From the NCBI GenBank assembly GCA_025603075.1, contig MU626260.1:124001-188000 (forward strand): DNA of 64,000 nt, in the 5' to 3' direction. This DNA comes from Neoconidiobolus thromboides FSU 785. Lineage: Eukaryota; Fungi; Entomophthoromycota. The notes beneath the pieces are model-generated. The model saw only the letters and a program-made list of their open reading frames with translations, searched no databases and was not told where the DNA came from. Shown one piece after another: positions 49,963-63,500 of this stretch. Position 1 is the stretch's first letter. Each line of letters starts with the position of its first letter. The translations under genes and the position numbers were made by a program.

Positions 49963-50658
49963 TGGAAATTTGAATTAGGAAAAAATATGAAAATGATTTT
50001 TCTGAGACTAAAAATTCAACGTAATAAATTTGGACTTTCTTAGAAACCTTAAATCATTTTTAAAAAATTGAAAAAGTTAGAATAGATAGCAAAATTGATA
50101 TTATCCTTAGTTAAAAGTATAGTGATAGAAGGAGTTATATGAAAAAAATTGTCCCAAGTAAAAACTATTCACATTAAATAATTTATTATCAAACGTTCCT
50201 TAAAAAACTCTATTTTAAACCTTTAGAAACTTAAGTATAAATACGAATAGTTGAATATTGCTCATTGACTTTAAAAATTATTTCGATAAAATCTATACAA
50301 CTCTAATTAATTGTAAAATTGAATACTTGAACTGATAAATAGCATAAAAAAGGATACACAAATAATAATACAACTAGTAAGAGATATAGTTTAATCATTA
50401 TCAAACTAAAAAAATAGTAACAACTAATAGTCATTATACTTTTACAAATTAATATCATCATTGATTTGTCTTATTTCAAAACCTAAAACCATCTATATCA
50501 ATACAAATAAAATTAAGTTGAATACTAACTCAATTACCTATATCATTATTAACTTGTCTTAATATTCCAATTATGAATTTTAACCTTATAATCAACATTT
50601 TTCTATTTTTACAAAAATTTAGATTTGATAAATACAGTTTAATCTTAATAAATTTATA

Positions 50659-50740
50659 GGCAACTTGCCCGAGAGGTCTAAGGGGTCAGGTTTAGGCCCT
50701 GATATGGAAACATGCGAGGGTTCGAACCCCTCAGTTGTCA
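50659..50740 (+). tRNA. tRNA-Leu (anticodon UAG), intronless, long variable arm
   Basis: Acceptor GGCAACT/AGTTGTC, anticodon stem TCAGG-TT TAG GC-CCTGA, T arm GAGGG-TTCGAAC-CCCTC, and a downstream T6 Pol III terminator. Confidence 0.95.
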
Positions 50741-52127
50741 TTTTTTAAAAATTAAAATAAATGTTTTTTAATATTTGATATCTCTTGATAATAAAAAAAT
50801 TATTGTAAACTTTTTTTAAATCATTTTTAGATTAAAAACTACGACTGCTAATTGCTATTTAAGTGTTTTTAATTTTATTAAAAAATCATAATCAAATATT
50901 AAATATTAATATTAGATTAAATAATTATTACTATTCTGAGACCTAACACTTATAATCAGCATTGATAAAACATCTTATATCTTTATAACATGAAAAACAA
51001 ATAGCTATAAAGTACAGCAACAAAGAAAATATAGTTAATTTTATTACTATAAAATTTAAACATTTTTTTTAAGATTTATTTTATTGAATTCAACTCAACT
51101 ATGGTCAATTTAAATTGATTTAAAATATTAGTTAAGACTTTTTTAGGACAGAAAACCTTTATTAACAGTTACACTCAAATTTAGCAACATTTTCTTTAAG
51201 ATTCAATTTATTAAGTGGGGAAACTGTTTCAATGTTTTGTCTAATTTTTAGTACCATTATTATCTTTATAATATAATAAGCTTTAAGTTTCATTTTGCAT
51301 CACCTAAAACTTAATTAGACTGTCTGTTACATATTAGTTTTGTGTTTATTCTTTTATTTGAAAAAAATATAATTTAAAATACAAAAATCAATAAAAGAGT
51401 CAAACCATTATTCTATCCGCTAGGTTCTTTGATATAAATTACCATAGGTTTTTTTAATTGAACTTTTAATGCATTCATTTATATAATTTTTTTTGATGTA
51501 AATCAAACATTCTAGTTTGAGCAAAAAGGCCATAGTATAAAAAGGGGTATTATAATGGATAATGATGTTTTAATTTATAAATTTATTTAGAACGTTTGAA
51601 TACTTTGAAAATTCTGATTTTAAAACAATATCAATTAAGAATTTAAAATCAGAATATAAGTTAACTTAGCATTTATTTTTAGAACCATAGAAAATCACAA
51701 TTTACTAAATAGAACACAATCTTAGTATATAAATTCCTTATATTCTGGATTTTATTACCTTCAGTGAACTTCTGGCCAATAGGATATATCAATAGTACTT
51801 GAATCTATTTATATCATATACTTTAATTCTTTATTATAATTTTGTGGCTCCCTAGCTCGTTTAATATAAAACTAATTACACCATTTAATTGGCCAATTGA
51901 CTTCATTAACAAATCAAATCCCTAAAAATGTATTTGAATCCAAATATGGAGGATTAATTTGAATAGTTTTTATGGTACAAAAGTTCCCCTTATATTATAT
52001 ACCTGAGGTACCTTCAGATGACCAAATTATGATGATTCCATTGGTTTACCAGAAGACTTATATTGCATATCCAAACATCAATATTCTTCCATCCTTTTCT
52101 ATCTAATTAATTCAACTAATTTCTAAT

Positions 52128-53147
52128 ATGAGGATATTTAATTTTTTACTTATAGCTTTAATCTTTTGCTTAACTGTTGTATATACCCAAGATCAAGGGG
52201 GTGCCTCTGGTAATCCTAATGATGCTCAAAAGACTCCTGAAAAGGTAGAGGACCCAAAGCCAAGTGGAAACCCTCCTGCTGGTCAAAATGATGAAGATAA
52301 AAAGAAAGCCGAGGAAGCTAAAAAAGCTGAAGAAGCTAAAAAAGCTGAAGAAGCTAAAAAAGCTGAAGAAGAAAAAAAGAAGGCTGATGATGCTAAAAAA
52401 GCTGAAGAAGACAAAAAGAAGGATGATGGAAAGAAAGATGATGGTAAAAAAGATGATGGTAAAAAGGACGATGGAAAAAAAGATGATGGAAAAAAAGATG
52501 ATGGAAAAAAAGATGATGACAAAAAAGATGACAAAAAGAAGGAGGAAGATACTCCAGAATGGGAAGAAATTGATATGGAGAAATTCAAGCAACCTAAAGA
52601 TAGCGATGATGTAATCCTTTATCCTGTCTACCCAACTGGTGATAGTAGAACCGTTAAATCTGGAGATCAAATTAAAATTTTATGGTATTATAAAACTCCA
52701 CAAAACGATAATGAGAAAAAGAATTTTATCTTTAAGCTGAAAGATATTGAAAAGATTCAAATTGATTATATGACTGGATCTGATATGCAAAACGCTTTTA
52801 TTGAAAAAGTTGGTGATTTTAAAAGTGGAACTAGAGATGCCAAATATACTATTCCAAAAACCAAATATAAGGGTGAATACTTTTTCTTCCGATTCACCCT
52901 CGTTCCTAAAGACAAAGATGCTAAACCTGGTTTATCTTGGACTACTCGTTTTGATGTTTTCAATACTGATAAAGGAAAATTCCTTGAAGCCACAAATGAC
53001 GATCCTTCTACATCAACTACAGTTGAAACTTTCAAAGGTGTCAAAGAAACAGCTAGTACTTATATTGGCAGTTTCTCCATGGTATCTGGACCCTCTACTT
53101 TATTAGTCATTTTGATTTCTGGATTAGCTTCATTATTGTTTATTTGA
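52128..53147 (+). CDS. Secreted, probably GPI-anchored surface protein with KKAEEA and DDGKK tandem repeats and a Kre9/Knh1-like Ig-fold domain
   Basis: N-terminal signal peptide and hydrophobic C-terminus; 18-bp and 15-bp coding tandem repeats; YPTG...GDQIKILW...YTIP...WTTRFDV pattern. Confidence 0.75.
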   Translation: MRIFNFLLIALIFCLTVVYTQDQGGASGNPNDAQKTPEKVEDPKPSGNPPAGQNDEDKKKAEEAKKAEEAKKAEEAKKAEEEKKKADDAKKAEEDKKKDDGKKDDGKKDDGKKDDGKKDDGKKDDGKKDDDKKDDKKKEEDTPEWEEIDMEKFKQPKDSDDVILYPVYPTGDSRTVKSGDQIKILWYYKTPQNDNEKKNFIFKLKDIEKIQIDYMTGSDMQNAFIEKVGDFKSGTRDAKYTIPKTKYKGEYFFFRFTLVPKDKDAKPGLSWTTRFDVFNTDKGKFLEATNDDPSTSTTVETFKGVKETASTYIGSFSMVSGPSTLLVILISGLASLLFI

Positions 53148-54256
53148 ATATAAGATCCAAATAAAGTGTAATTAAAGTCAAAAAATTTGAACTTTGATTT
53201 TAAATTGTATATTTATTTTTTTATAACTTATTAGATTATTTTTAAAGAGATGGCTCTCTTATTTTCTACATAAAAGTAATGTAAATTAAAATCGGGCTAA
53301 AACCGAAAATTAAATAGCAGTAATTCATTTTTCAGCCTAGAATTTTTATTTCGTGGCTTAAAATTAAACTTTTAGGTTTAAAAAAAATTCAAATCCATGT
53401 ACATGTCAAAATCCTTTATAGTTCAAATAATATTTTAATATATGAAAATCTATTGCTCTTAATCAAATTCTTGTCATTTATAGTCAAGTCATTTCAAACA
53501 TTATCGTACTGTTCTCATTTATTTGTATTCAACATTGCCATGAAAAGTTCAATACTAAAGTTATAAATTAAACTTGCCCTAAAAAAGCCACAGTTATCAC
53601 GGCACCGAAGTTTATTAAAATGTGATCACAAAATGACTTAAAGTAGCTTAGTTTCAATATACAAAATTAAAACTTAACTTAATATAGCCCTCAATACCGT
53701 ATTTATAGTAAACTGGGTATCTAATTAAGAAAAAAAAGCGATGTTGAGATTTTTAAGCTTTTAAAGCCCAAGATGCATAAATAAACGTTTATAAAGAATG
53801 ATCCTTTGTCGAGTATTCTTTAATTATCTTTGATCCTGTCCTCTTGAATTGGACACACAAGAATATTTTTAAACTTTTGTAACTAATATAGTACATGGAT
53901 TTACAGCTTTGAAATTTTAAATAAAGATCAAAAAACAAATCGTCTAAACCAAAATATTATTATTAATTTTATTTAATTTTATTACACTTAGACAATAAAA
54001 GAAAAAAAATAGTATATTTATATTGAAACATTATAGCAAACAATATATTAATGTTACATTCTAATTTTATATAGCAAATATAAATATTATAGATCTAATG
54101 CTGCATATTAAAATTTTATTAAAAAAATTTGGAAATACTTAATGAATTTTATTAAAATCTAATAAACAGAAAACTAAAATATGCGTTGTTTTATTATAAA
54201 ATAGGTATATAGTTATGGTTTATAAAATTAGAAGATGGTACTACTTTTTATTGCGT

Positions 54257-55936
54257 TTAATCTCTGATACACTTTCCTCCTTTTTGTCCTGGGAAGTTGT
54301 AGCAATTGAATCCTTCATTACAGGTTTCTGAAAGAGTCCATTTTCCTCCAATACATTTAAGTACTACTTTACCAGTTTCTTTGTGGGTACAAGCAAATTC
54401 CCATGGATCACTTCCACAAGGAGTTCCTTCCTTACGGTTGAATGGGGAATATTGTGGGTTGTTTGGGTTCATTGGATCATCACTTGGTTCTGGAACAGTT
54501 GAAGTGGTAGTAGTGGTAGAGGTAGTAGTTGAAGTACTTACTGGAGTAGTGCTAGTACTAGTGGCAGTTGAGGTAGAGCTAGCACTGGTTGAAGTTGAGG
54601 TAACAGCTGAAGTTGAGGTAGAGCTGGCACTGGTTGAAGTTGAGGTAACAGCTGAAGTTGAGGTAGAGCTGGCACTAGTTGAGGTAGAGGTAGCACTTGA
54701 TGAAGTTTCAGTTGATGAAGTAACAGCTGAGGTAGAGCTGGCACTGGTTGAAGTTTCAGTTGATGAAGTTTCATAAGTAGAAGTAGCATCGGTAGTGGTA
54801 ACTACAATGGTGGAAGTAACAGTGCTTTCACCGTCGGTAGAGGTAACTACAACGGTGGAAGTGGATGGACCAGCAGTTGAGGTGCTATAGCTTGGTTCTT
54901 CATCACATTCAGTAACAGTTAAATAAAGATCTTCACAGTCACCTGAAGTAGCTGGGGTAGATACAACTGGGGTAGTTTCGTAGGTTGGAGTAGAAACAAC
55001 TGGAGTAGAAACAACTGGGGTAGATACGACTGGAGTAGTTTCGTAGGTTGGGGTAGATACAACTGAGGTAATAGCTTCGGTTGATGAAGTAATAGTGTAA
55101 ATTGGTGTAGAAACNNNNNNNNNNNNNNNNNNNNNNNNNNNNNNNNNNNNNNNNNNNNNNNNNNNNNNNNNNNNNNNNNNNNNNNNNNNNNNNNNNNNNN
55201 NNNNNNNNNNNNNNNNNNNNNNNNNNNNNNNNNNNNNNNNNNNNNNNNNNNNNNNNNNNNNNNNNNNNNNNNNNNNNNNNNNNNNNNNNNNNNNNNNNNN
55301 NNNNNNNNNNNNNNNNNNNNNNNNNNNNNNNNNNNNNNNNNNNNNNNNNNNNNNNNNNNNNNNNNNNNNNNNNNNNNNNNNNNNNNNNNNNNNNNNNNNN
55401 NNNNCTGGAGTAGATACAACTGGAGTAGTTTCGTAGGTTGGAGTAGAAACAACTGAGGTGGTAGCTTCAGTTGATGAAGTGATGGTGTAAGATGGAGTAG
55501 AAACATTGGTGGTTGAGGCAGTACCAGTAGTTTCAGTTTCATCGCAGTCGTCAGTTGGATAACCAGTAACAATTGTAGTTACTTCATCATCACAATCGTC
55601 TTCTGAGGTGGTAGAGGTTGTGTATGATGGGGTGGTGGTTGAAGCACTTGATGATGTTTCTGAGGTTACAATGTAAGTCTGGGTAGACTCAGTACTTGCT
55701 GAAGTGGTTGAAGTAATAGCGCTGCTAGTGGATACAGTAGTTGAGGATGAGACTGAAGAGCTTGATCCAGTGTTATAAGTTTCAGAAGTGGTTACTGGAG
55801 TACTTACTGAAGAAGAGGAAGTGGCAGTTGGAACTGAGTATGATGGAGTTGTTACTGGTTCAGTGATAGCATATTCTGCGTGAGCAGAGATAGCAAAAAG
55901 AACGGCAAGGGTAACTGGAGTAAATTTAGCGAACAT
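54257..55936 (-). CDS. Secreted Ser/Thr-rich mucin-like protein with a C-terminal Cys-rich CBM19-like (putative chitin-binding) module
   Basis: Signal peptide, VVSTP(TYETTP) and TSASST(S/SAV) repeats, and C-terminal C-x7-8-C...KC.GGKW...C..G..C. The frame is preserved on both sides of the N gap. Confidence 0.75.
   Translation of the reverse strand: MFAKFTPVTLAVLFAISAHAEYAITEPVTTPSYSVPTATSSSSVSTPVTTSETYNTGSSSSVSSSTTVSTSSAITSTTSASTESTQTYIVTSETSSSASTTTPSYTTSTTSEDDCDDEVTTIVTGYPTDDCDETETTGTASTTNVSTPSYTITSSTEATTSVVSTPTYETTPVVSTPXXXXXXXXXXXXXXXXXXXXXXXXXXXXXXXXXXXXXXXXXXXXXXXXXXXXXXXXXXXXXXXXXXXXXXXXXXXXXXXXXXXXXXXXXXXXXXXXXVSTPIYTITSSTEAITSVVSTPTYETTPVVSTPVVSTPVVSTPTYETTPVVSTPATSGDCEDLYLTVTECDEEPSYSTSTAGPSTSTVVVTSTDGESTVTSTIVVTTTDATSTYETSSTETSTSASSTSAVTSSTETSSSATSTSTSASSTSTSAVTSTSTSASSTSTSAVTSTSTSASSTSTATSTSTTPVSTSTTTSTTTTTSTVPEPSDDPMNPNNPQYSPFNRKEGTPCGSDPWEFACTHKETGKVVLKCIGGKWTLSETCNEGFNCYNFPGQKGGKCIRD
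55115..55404. other. Assembly gap (290 N) inside a coding tandem-repeat array
   Basis: Run of N flanked by near-identical STP/TYETTP repeat units. Confidence 0.99.
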
Positions 55937-57653
55937 TATAAATTAGATATAATAAACAAGGAAAATTTTAAAAATGAAATTATTTAAATATTAGATGAGC
56001 GTTCCAAGAAGTGAAGGAAACAAAGAATAAATTTTTAATTTATGTGTCCACCACCTTAATTTTTAAAGGTGTTCTATTTAAAGCTGTGTTGTTCTTAGCA
56101 GGAATTAGGAATAACTCCAGCTTTGATTAATTAATTAGACAGAATACTAGTTTTTAATAAGATATCCCGGAGTTTCCAGTTTAATTATAGAATTTGATGA
56201 TATTAACCTTCTTAAAAAGTAAAACCCACTACTGGTCGCCATAGATGATTGGTTACGATCTTGGAATTAGCACCATTCCCAAAATTATGCCCAAAGCTAG
56301 AGCCAATAAAGGAGATGTAAACCTCGAAATTTATTATTAGAACAATAAATTGTTGAAATAGATAGAATACAGCGCAATAACAAAAATCATAGATAACTCA
56401 AGAATTGAATACTAATATTTTACAGAATGAGATCATGATGAGTAGAAACCTATTTATTTTTAGAAATTACACTATTAAAATGAGCTATTAGTTAGAATTG
56501 TTTTTGTATATTCCATCTATTAAAAATCAACAAAATTAATAAGTCGTTGTATTCAAGCTCTAAGCCATATTCTCATATATAATAGGACAATAAAAATAAT
56601 TTATTAATGAGTTCTATTAATTATTTTTAAATTCATTTTATTTAAATTTAGAATTAAGATATTATAAAGTATCATTGTTAGATAACAATTACAATTATTT
56701 ATTTATTTGTACTTATACTTATACTTGAAGTATTTAATGATCTTGATATTGTTTAAAACGTTTTTATCTTTAAGCTTACAGTACCTTTTAATTTGACGTG
56801 GTAAGTGGTTCAATCCACTTATGCTTCAATTCAATTTTAATTTAATGTGCTTAAATTGTAACGGTATCAAATACTGATCATTTTGTTTAATAATATGGTA
56901 ATATCATGCAGGCGAATTCATTATATACAAATACTTAATAATAATTAGACATTATTAATATAATGAAAACAAAACGAAAATAACTAATAAGATACCAAAA
57001 TCTTGGTCATTTTGCCTGGCTTTATTCTAATGTAATAAAAACTAAGCACCCCTTTTTAGCTTTCGGATTTTAATTAACTCAATTTTAGCTAAAAAATATC
57101 CTTTACTATTAAGTTATACTCCTTAATATCTTTACTAGTTTCTTGTTTTGATTAAATTGCTAAAACAACTAGATATTGTTGCATTATTTCATACCAAAAG
57201 TTAATTTATTATTAAAAATTAAAACAAAATTGAAGGCTAACTCATTCTATTATATATATTTTTTTGATGAGTTATTAAAAATTTACTGATAAAGTTTTTT
57301 TAACTTTATTAAACTAGCTAAAGCCATAGCATAACCAAATAACTTATAAGCTTATAAAAAATACAATTATATATAAAAAATACTATTAGCGAATATAATG
57401 TACATTCTCCATCCGATTTCAATGTTTTAGAATAATTTATTTTCAATTTTAGTTAATATGTCACAATTTCCTTTTATAGATCATCCATGACTGATTCTAA
57501 AAGTTGACTCTTTGATCACATTTTTAACTAAAAAACAGAATTCAAAGTTCGTAGCTTAAAACTTTATGTGATTACAGCGGGTTTGTTTTAATAAAGTGTT
57601 GTTAAATAAGGTCAATAATTATATGATAAAATTTTTGATTTATTATTTGTTTA

Positions 57654-60119
57654 TTATTTACCATCCCACTTTACTTTAAACGCATAAAAGCTCTGATAAA
57701 ATTTTGACTCCTTATGGGTTTGTTGTAACTCAGGATATTTAGTTTGAATCAAATGGATAATTTTTATCGCAACTTTAGAATCCTTGTTGCTAAAATAATG
57801 GTCCAAAATAGAGAACAGCCTGTCCGCTTCCAACAATTGATTTCCAAGAATCATTTTTTTGATAATAATAATAATGTCTTTGTTATCTTTCTTCTTAATC
57901 CTGAACAAAGAATCTATCACTTCTAACTGTTGCTGTGAGGTATAACGTCGAGTAATTTGGCTTAGTTTATACACCAATTTGCTATCTAATCGAGTATTAA
58001 ATCTATTCATTGTTAGAATGAAAAACTGCAAATGGTTTGAAAATGCATCGAAATCAGGTTTGTTTCTAATAAAATAATCCAAATAGATATTAAACAAATG
58101 CTCGTTAAACTCAATCTTCTTATAATAAAGGTACATTACTTTATCTATAAAATATGGCAAATCATATCGTATCATTAACTGTAAATATAAATTATAAAAC
58201 TCTAAATGAATGGTTGGCATTTCATTCTTATATCTTTCTTCTATTAATTGTATATCTATTTTACTATTATACTTTCCTGCAAGCTGCAACATTAGCATAT
58301 AATGCTCCAAATTAAATGGGATAGCCTCATTTAGTAGCTGTCTTAAATAACTATTATCTTGTAAATTTGCTAAAACCATACTTTTTAATAAGAATGTTAC
58401 GATATCCGGATCTTGGAATTTGATGCTATCAACAGTACTCCATAATTTCTTCCAAATTGGCATAATGTCCTTATCTTTATTGTTTCTTAATATGTAAATA
58501 TAATAACATCTAATTAGTACTTTATAATTCACCATATCTTTAAACTCTGGATGTGCATCGAATATAGTTTCAATCTTCCACAGAACTTCTTCTGAAGATA
58601 TCGAATTTTTATTTAATAGCTCCAAATAACCCAGTAATACCATGTTTAATTCATTCTTATTTCTGATTTCAATTTGATAGTAATATTCTTGCACCAAAGC
58701 AGGTTTGTTTAATTTGGCAAACACTTTAATCATCTTCAATGAAATTAATTGATCTGGTTGTACTATTTGGAATTTATATAGCTTATTCAATTTCTTTTTC
58801 TTTGTTAGTTGTAAATAATAGTATTCTACTTTATCATACCGCTCGAGTTCACTAAACTTCTCAATAATTGTGTCCAATACAATCCTATCCAATAAATTTT
58901 TTTCACATAAGGTTAATATCACTTCTTCCATTGACTCAACCTCTTTCAATGATGCATAAATTTTAAGTAATTCATTATATCCCTGTACATTTAACTTGAT
59001 CTCTTTTATATTAATCAATAAATTAAACTCTTTCAAATAATACTCTTTATCTAACTTTAGCAAGATTCTAAAAATAGAAAGTAAGATGGCATAACTATAG
59101 TCATCGATTCCAACATAAGTCTCCTTCATCTGCTGTACAATCTGCTGAATCTTAGTTAAATAATATTTATTACTTACTTTATCCTTGTTGATTAATATAA
59201 GCTGATGATAATTCTTAAGCATTATGTTAAATAGAGTTATGTTAGGCTCCAATCCTCGGATAGTCATCTCATTAAAAAAATGCAACACATTATTCAACTG
59301 CTTCTTATCTTTATACCTACTGAAATAAGTGATAAATGAGATATACGTACCTTTATTAAACTTGTACTCTTTTTCTTTTAATTTAAGGTATAAATCCATA
59401 GCCACATCCTGCTTGTTAGATTTCAGAAGCCTAACAAATACTTGATGAACCAGCTTTTTGTTTGGTGTATAATCTACTATCATTTCATTCAAATACTCAA
59501 TAACCAACTCTAACTGGTCCATTTCCAGACTACTTTCAATCACAGCGTAATATGACTCTTCACTATGAATATCATTAATTATCTTTTTACACAACAACTT
59601 ATGTTGGTATTCTTTGTCTTTAAATACCGCCAAAATATGTTTAATCTCATTTCTATCGCCTTCAAACTTTAAAAACAGAGTATCCTTGCCCAAAATTCCT
59701 TCTAAAAAGTTGGTTTCCCTATTTTTGTATTGTCTATTGAGTAGCTGAATCACCCCGCTACTCAACATCAGTTGTATAATATTCACCTTTGGATTTAACG
59801 GTACCGGCTGTTGTTCTTTTAATAGATCTTCAATTAAATTATTTACTCTCTTATTTTCATCGGCACTATCCTTCTTTAGTATCATCTTTAATTCCTCAAG
59901 CTTTGACTTAATCACATCTTCTTTATCTGTGAGTATCTCTGTACTTTCTATATGTTAAGGTTTATTATATGATTTAATGAGTAAATGTGCCTACCTTTTT
60001 TGGACGCTACTTAGAAGGCGTTTACTATTTACCTCTTGTTTAGTTACACCTATTTGCCTCAGTTTGGTCCTGACTAACAGTTCATGCTTTATGATTCCTT
60101 TGTGGAGTAATTTACTCAT
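57654..60119 (-). CDS. Pentatricopeptide-repeat (PPR)-like helical repeat protein, probably mitochondrial
   Basis: PPR-like units (TYISFITYFSR...VLHFFNEMTIRGLEPNITLFNIMLKNY; GYNELLKIYA). An upstream basic exon (ATG 60119 to ~59995) joins in frame via a short intron. Confidence 0.65.
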
Positions 60120-60570
60120 CCTTTATTGCCGAGTAAGGATTAAAATAGGAAGCTCATAGAAGTAAACAAATAAATAGAAGCTTATTATTGGTCCAAATTT
60201 TAAATGCTTTAGTTTCGAAAAAATCGTGAATTTATAAATCGAGGGATAAACAAGACATGTTATAAAGCTTTATTTTTTATCTCCAGTATTATTTTTTAGC
60301 CTGTACCTTAAAGTTGCTATATCCACCCCGTTTACTGTATGGGCCATATAAGCTCCTACTTTATAATTTAGTTTAAATCATAATACTCTCCTATGGCAAA
60401 ATAAGGAGATTAATTTAGACTATTCCAATCAAAATTTAAAGTAACCCACATAAAAACTCAAGAAACTCTTAAAAAGTAGAAAATTTAATTCAAACAAGAC
60501 TATATTTCAAACGTAGTAAAAAATAAGAAAACAGGAAAAAGAGTATATAATTATACTCAAATCAAAAAAC

Positions 60571-63500
60571 CTAAAAGTCATCTTGCGTAAGCATCGAAAA
60601 TCCAGGATTGTAGTCCACCTGAATTACTTCATCTTCCTGATTCAAGCTTTCATTGGTGTCATCAATCTGATTATACTCTTCAATATGTGTCTCTCTATTC
60701 TCTTTGTACTTAGATTCATGAACATTAACTTGGGCAGGGCTTTCTCCCTCTGCCTCTCCGTCTGTCTCTACCTCTACCTTTGTTTCTAGACTCTCATTTT
60801 GAATATAAAATAAATCTACCCTTTCCATAATATTAAAGACCATTGTTTGGATTTCATGGGAAAGATGACGATGCTTCAAGGTTTTAATAATCTCTTTACT
60901 GTTGGGTCGGAACACGGTTTTAAACTAGAAAGGACAGAGTTAGCTTTTTGTAAAGATATTATAATGAGCTGAGTTTTACCTGTTGTCCTTGCGCAATACA
61001 TAAAAAGTTACCAATCCTTAGTACAACCTCATGCCACAATTCGTAAATGTTTTGTACTCCAGGAATCAATGGGTAATCCGATAAGGAATTGAAAGAAGTG
61101 AATGAATCTTTGCATAGCCTAGAAAAGGATTAATAAATGTATATACACATGGATACAACCACTTACGGTATAAGTCTATGTTCAATTTCACTGACATGTG
61201 GTTTAAATGCTGGATTATCGGAGGTATACATTTTTAGTAATACCTTAATCAAACATACTAAACAATTCAATTCTAAACTTAAAGAAGTGGCTGCAAATCT
61301 TTCTAATTTGTTAACAGCTAAAAAAATTAAGTTAAATATATTCTGAATTAATTGAGTAAACTATAGCTATTTTACCTTGTCTCTCTATAGCACCAATAAG
61401 ATCAAAATCGGCATTGATATGCTGAGTTTCTAAATAAGCTCTCTCAACCAAATCTAAAATAAGGAATACATGCTCAGGCTTTATTTTTCTAAATACTTTA
61501 TCGTTTTGCAAGAACACGTCTTCCACAATCGAAATCATGGTTAAACACAAATTCAATTGCTGGGTAGGTGTTTTTGGTAAGTTTGGTATCTGAGATTCTT
61601 TCATTATCTTTTCAAAGCTTTCTAATTGAGATTCTATTACAAAGAAATTAGCGTTACAATTTATATGGTTTTTTAGAAAAATTACTTGTATTAATTTTAT
61701 CCTTAAGGGTCAAGTTCTTTTTCGTTTCATCAGAAGAAACTCGACTAGAAGCTGTAAAGAGACGAACGGTTATCCCAATAAGCCTTTCCCAATCCTTGGT
61801 ACTCAAGCGATCTACATTATTTTCTACCAAGCTCTTAAAGCAATCAGACCCGATCTTACAAAGAGATGGATTCTCTAATAATATATATAAGTAGCTAATT
61901 TAAAAAGACCAATTAGGATTTACCTTGACATAAACAAACAGAGAGGAGGTCCAATAAGCCATCTAAAAACTGGAATACCTTTTCATAATAGTCCGTGAAA
62001 AGTTGAACAAATTTACGTAAAGCATGAATGAGAGTAGTAGAAACCCAGATGATTGAATCTTCATGAGAAGCGAATTGTAATTTAGATTGTCTATTTGAAT
62101 CACCCAAATTAGAAAAGATAGGAAATAACACTTCACTCAATAAATAATGCCAGAAGCTATCTGGGAATTCTTTTCCGCTTTGATTAAGATAGCCAAATAA
62201 TTGATCGATGGCTCTGGTTCTTGCCTCAAGGTCAAGGACTTCCGACACCATTTCTAGGAGTCCATGGAAAATTGGGATCCAGAAGTTTAATTCAGGGAAA
62301 CTTTCATGACTTTTAGCGTAAACACCCTCCTTAGCGAATCCCTTTGATGAAACAAGCTCTGGATGGAGTTTTGAAAACTCAATCATGCTATCAGAAGCTT
62401 GACGATATACTTCAAACGCCTGTAATCCAACCTTATTATACCTATCATTTTTTGTGAATTGAGCCACGCAAATCAAAAAGCTTCCAAAGTTTTCTGGCTT
62501 GGTTATTACATCGTTAAAATGGTCTTGATAAATCTTTTTAACTAAATCAAAAGATAAGGCAACAATTGCTTCATTATCATCTTGTGCTGCTTCTCCCAAA
62601 ACAGCAAACATTGTTTTCCAACCAGATACAATATGACGCGAGCTTGATTTAATCATCTGTTTAAGACATTGTAGCACCATATCCTTAATAGTGAGAAGTT
62701 TGGTATTTGAAATAATGTAGACAAAAGGAGAAAGGAATTCCTTTTGGAACTTGAAGTTAGATAATTCTTCCTTGTCCAAAAACTTGGAAGCCAATTGGCG
62801 CAAAGAATCGATCACATATGAAGCAACTGCTTCATTACTATGACAACCTATCTTTTGGAACAAAGGCGAAATTATTCCCCATATCTCTTTCCACTCTAAA
62901 CGAATACGGTTCATATTATAGTAAGCTACCTCCACTAATTTTTGTATAGCAAACATACGGGGCGAGGTTTGTGCTTTGCTCTTATCAAATGTAGTAGGTA
63001 TATCTTCCAATTCGTCCCAAGCAATTTGGGATAACGCTTTAATAAAATCTACAATACCACTTCCATTCAAATGAACAGAATAGGCAAATACTTTATCGAC
63101 GGAAATCAACATAGATTGGGAGTTACTCTCAACTAGTGCAATTTTAGTGAACCTTTTCGCTTGAGGATCTCTATGAGCCACTAATGAACGATCTCTGCCA
63201 TTGCTAGTAGCAGAAAAGTTAGGGATAAGCTGTAATCTAACCAAATGATTGACAATCTGCAATATATCCGTCCAACAATTTTTAAGATTGTTACCTTCTT
63301 CTACAGAGATATCTAAAATGGTACGTATGGCTTCCAAGTTTTTTGCTTTCATTTCCATGATATTGGCTAAAAAGCAGAAGTTGCTTAAAGCATTAATTAA
63401 GGCATTTCTAGCTAAGTCCAAATCAAAGAAACTAGCGATATGAATTGCATGTCGGAATCCATCCAAACAATAAGCAATAATCTTTGGATTGTCATTTGAT

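Noticed and set aside
52170-53106. Several overlapping ORFs (Phe/Ser/Ile-rich, Lys/Met-rich) around the charged-repeat gene
   Set aside because: They are by-products of stop-free tandem repeats read in other frames.
54306-55572. Val/Glu-rich and Leu/Gln/Pro-rich ORFs overlapping the mucin-like gene
   Set aside because: They are alternative-frame readings of the Ser/Thr repeat array; some span the N gap.
56802-56821. Hairpin TAAGTGG-ttcaat-CCACTTA containing a B-box-like GGTTCAATCC
   Set aside because: No compatible acceptor stem, D arm or anticodon arm could be built, so it is not called a tRNA or SINE.
57096-57104. ATATCCTTT, matching the U12-type 5' splice consensus
   Set aside because: Intergenic with no flanking exon evidence; expected by chance in AT-rich DNA. 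The introns I traced in the genes were GT-AG.
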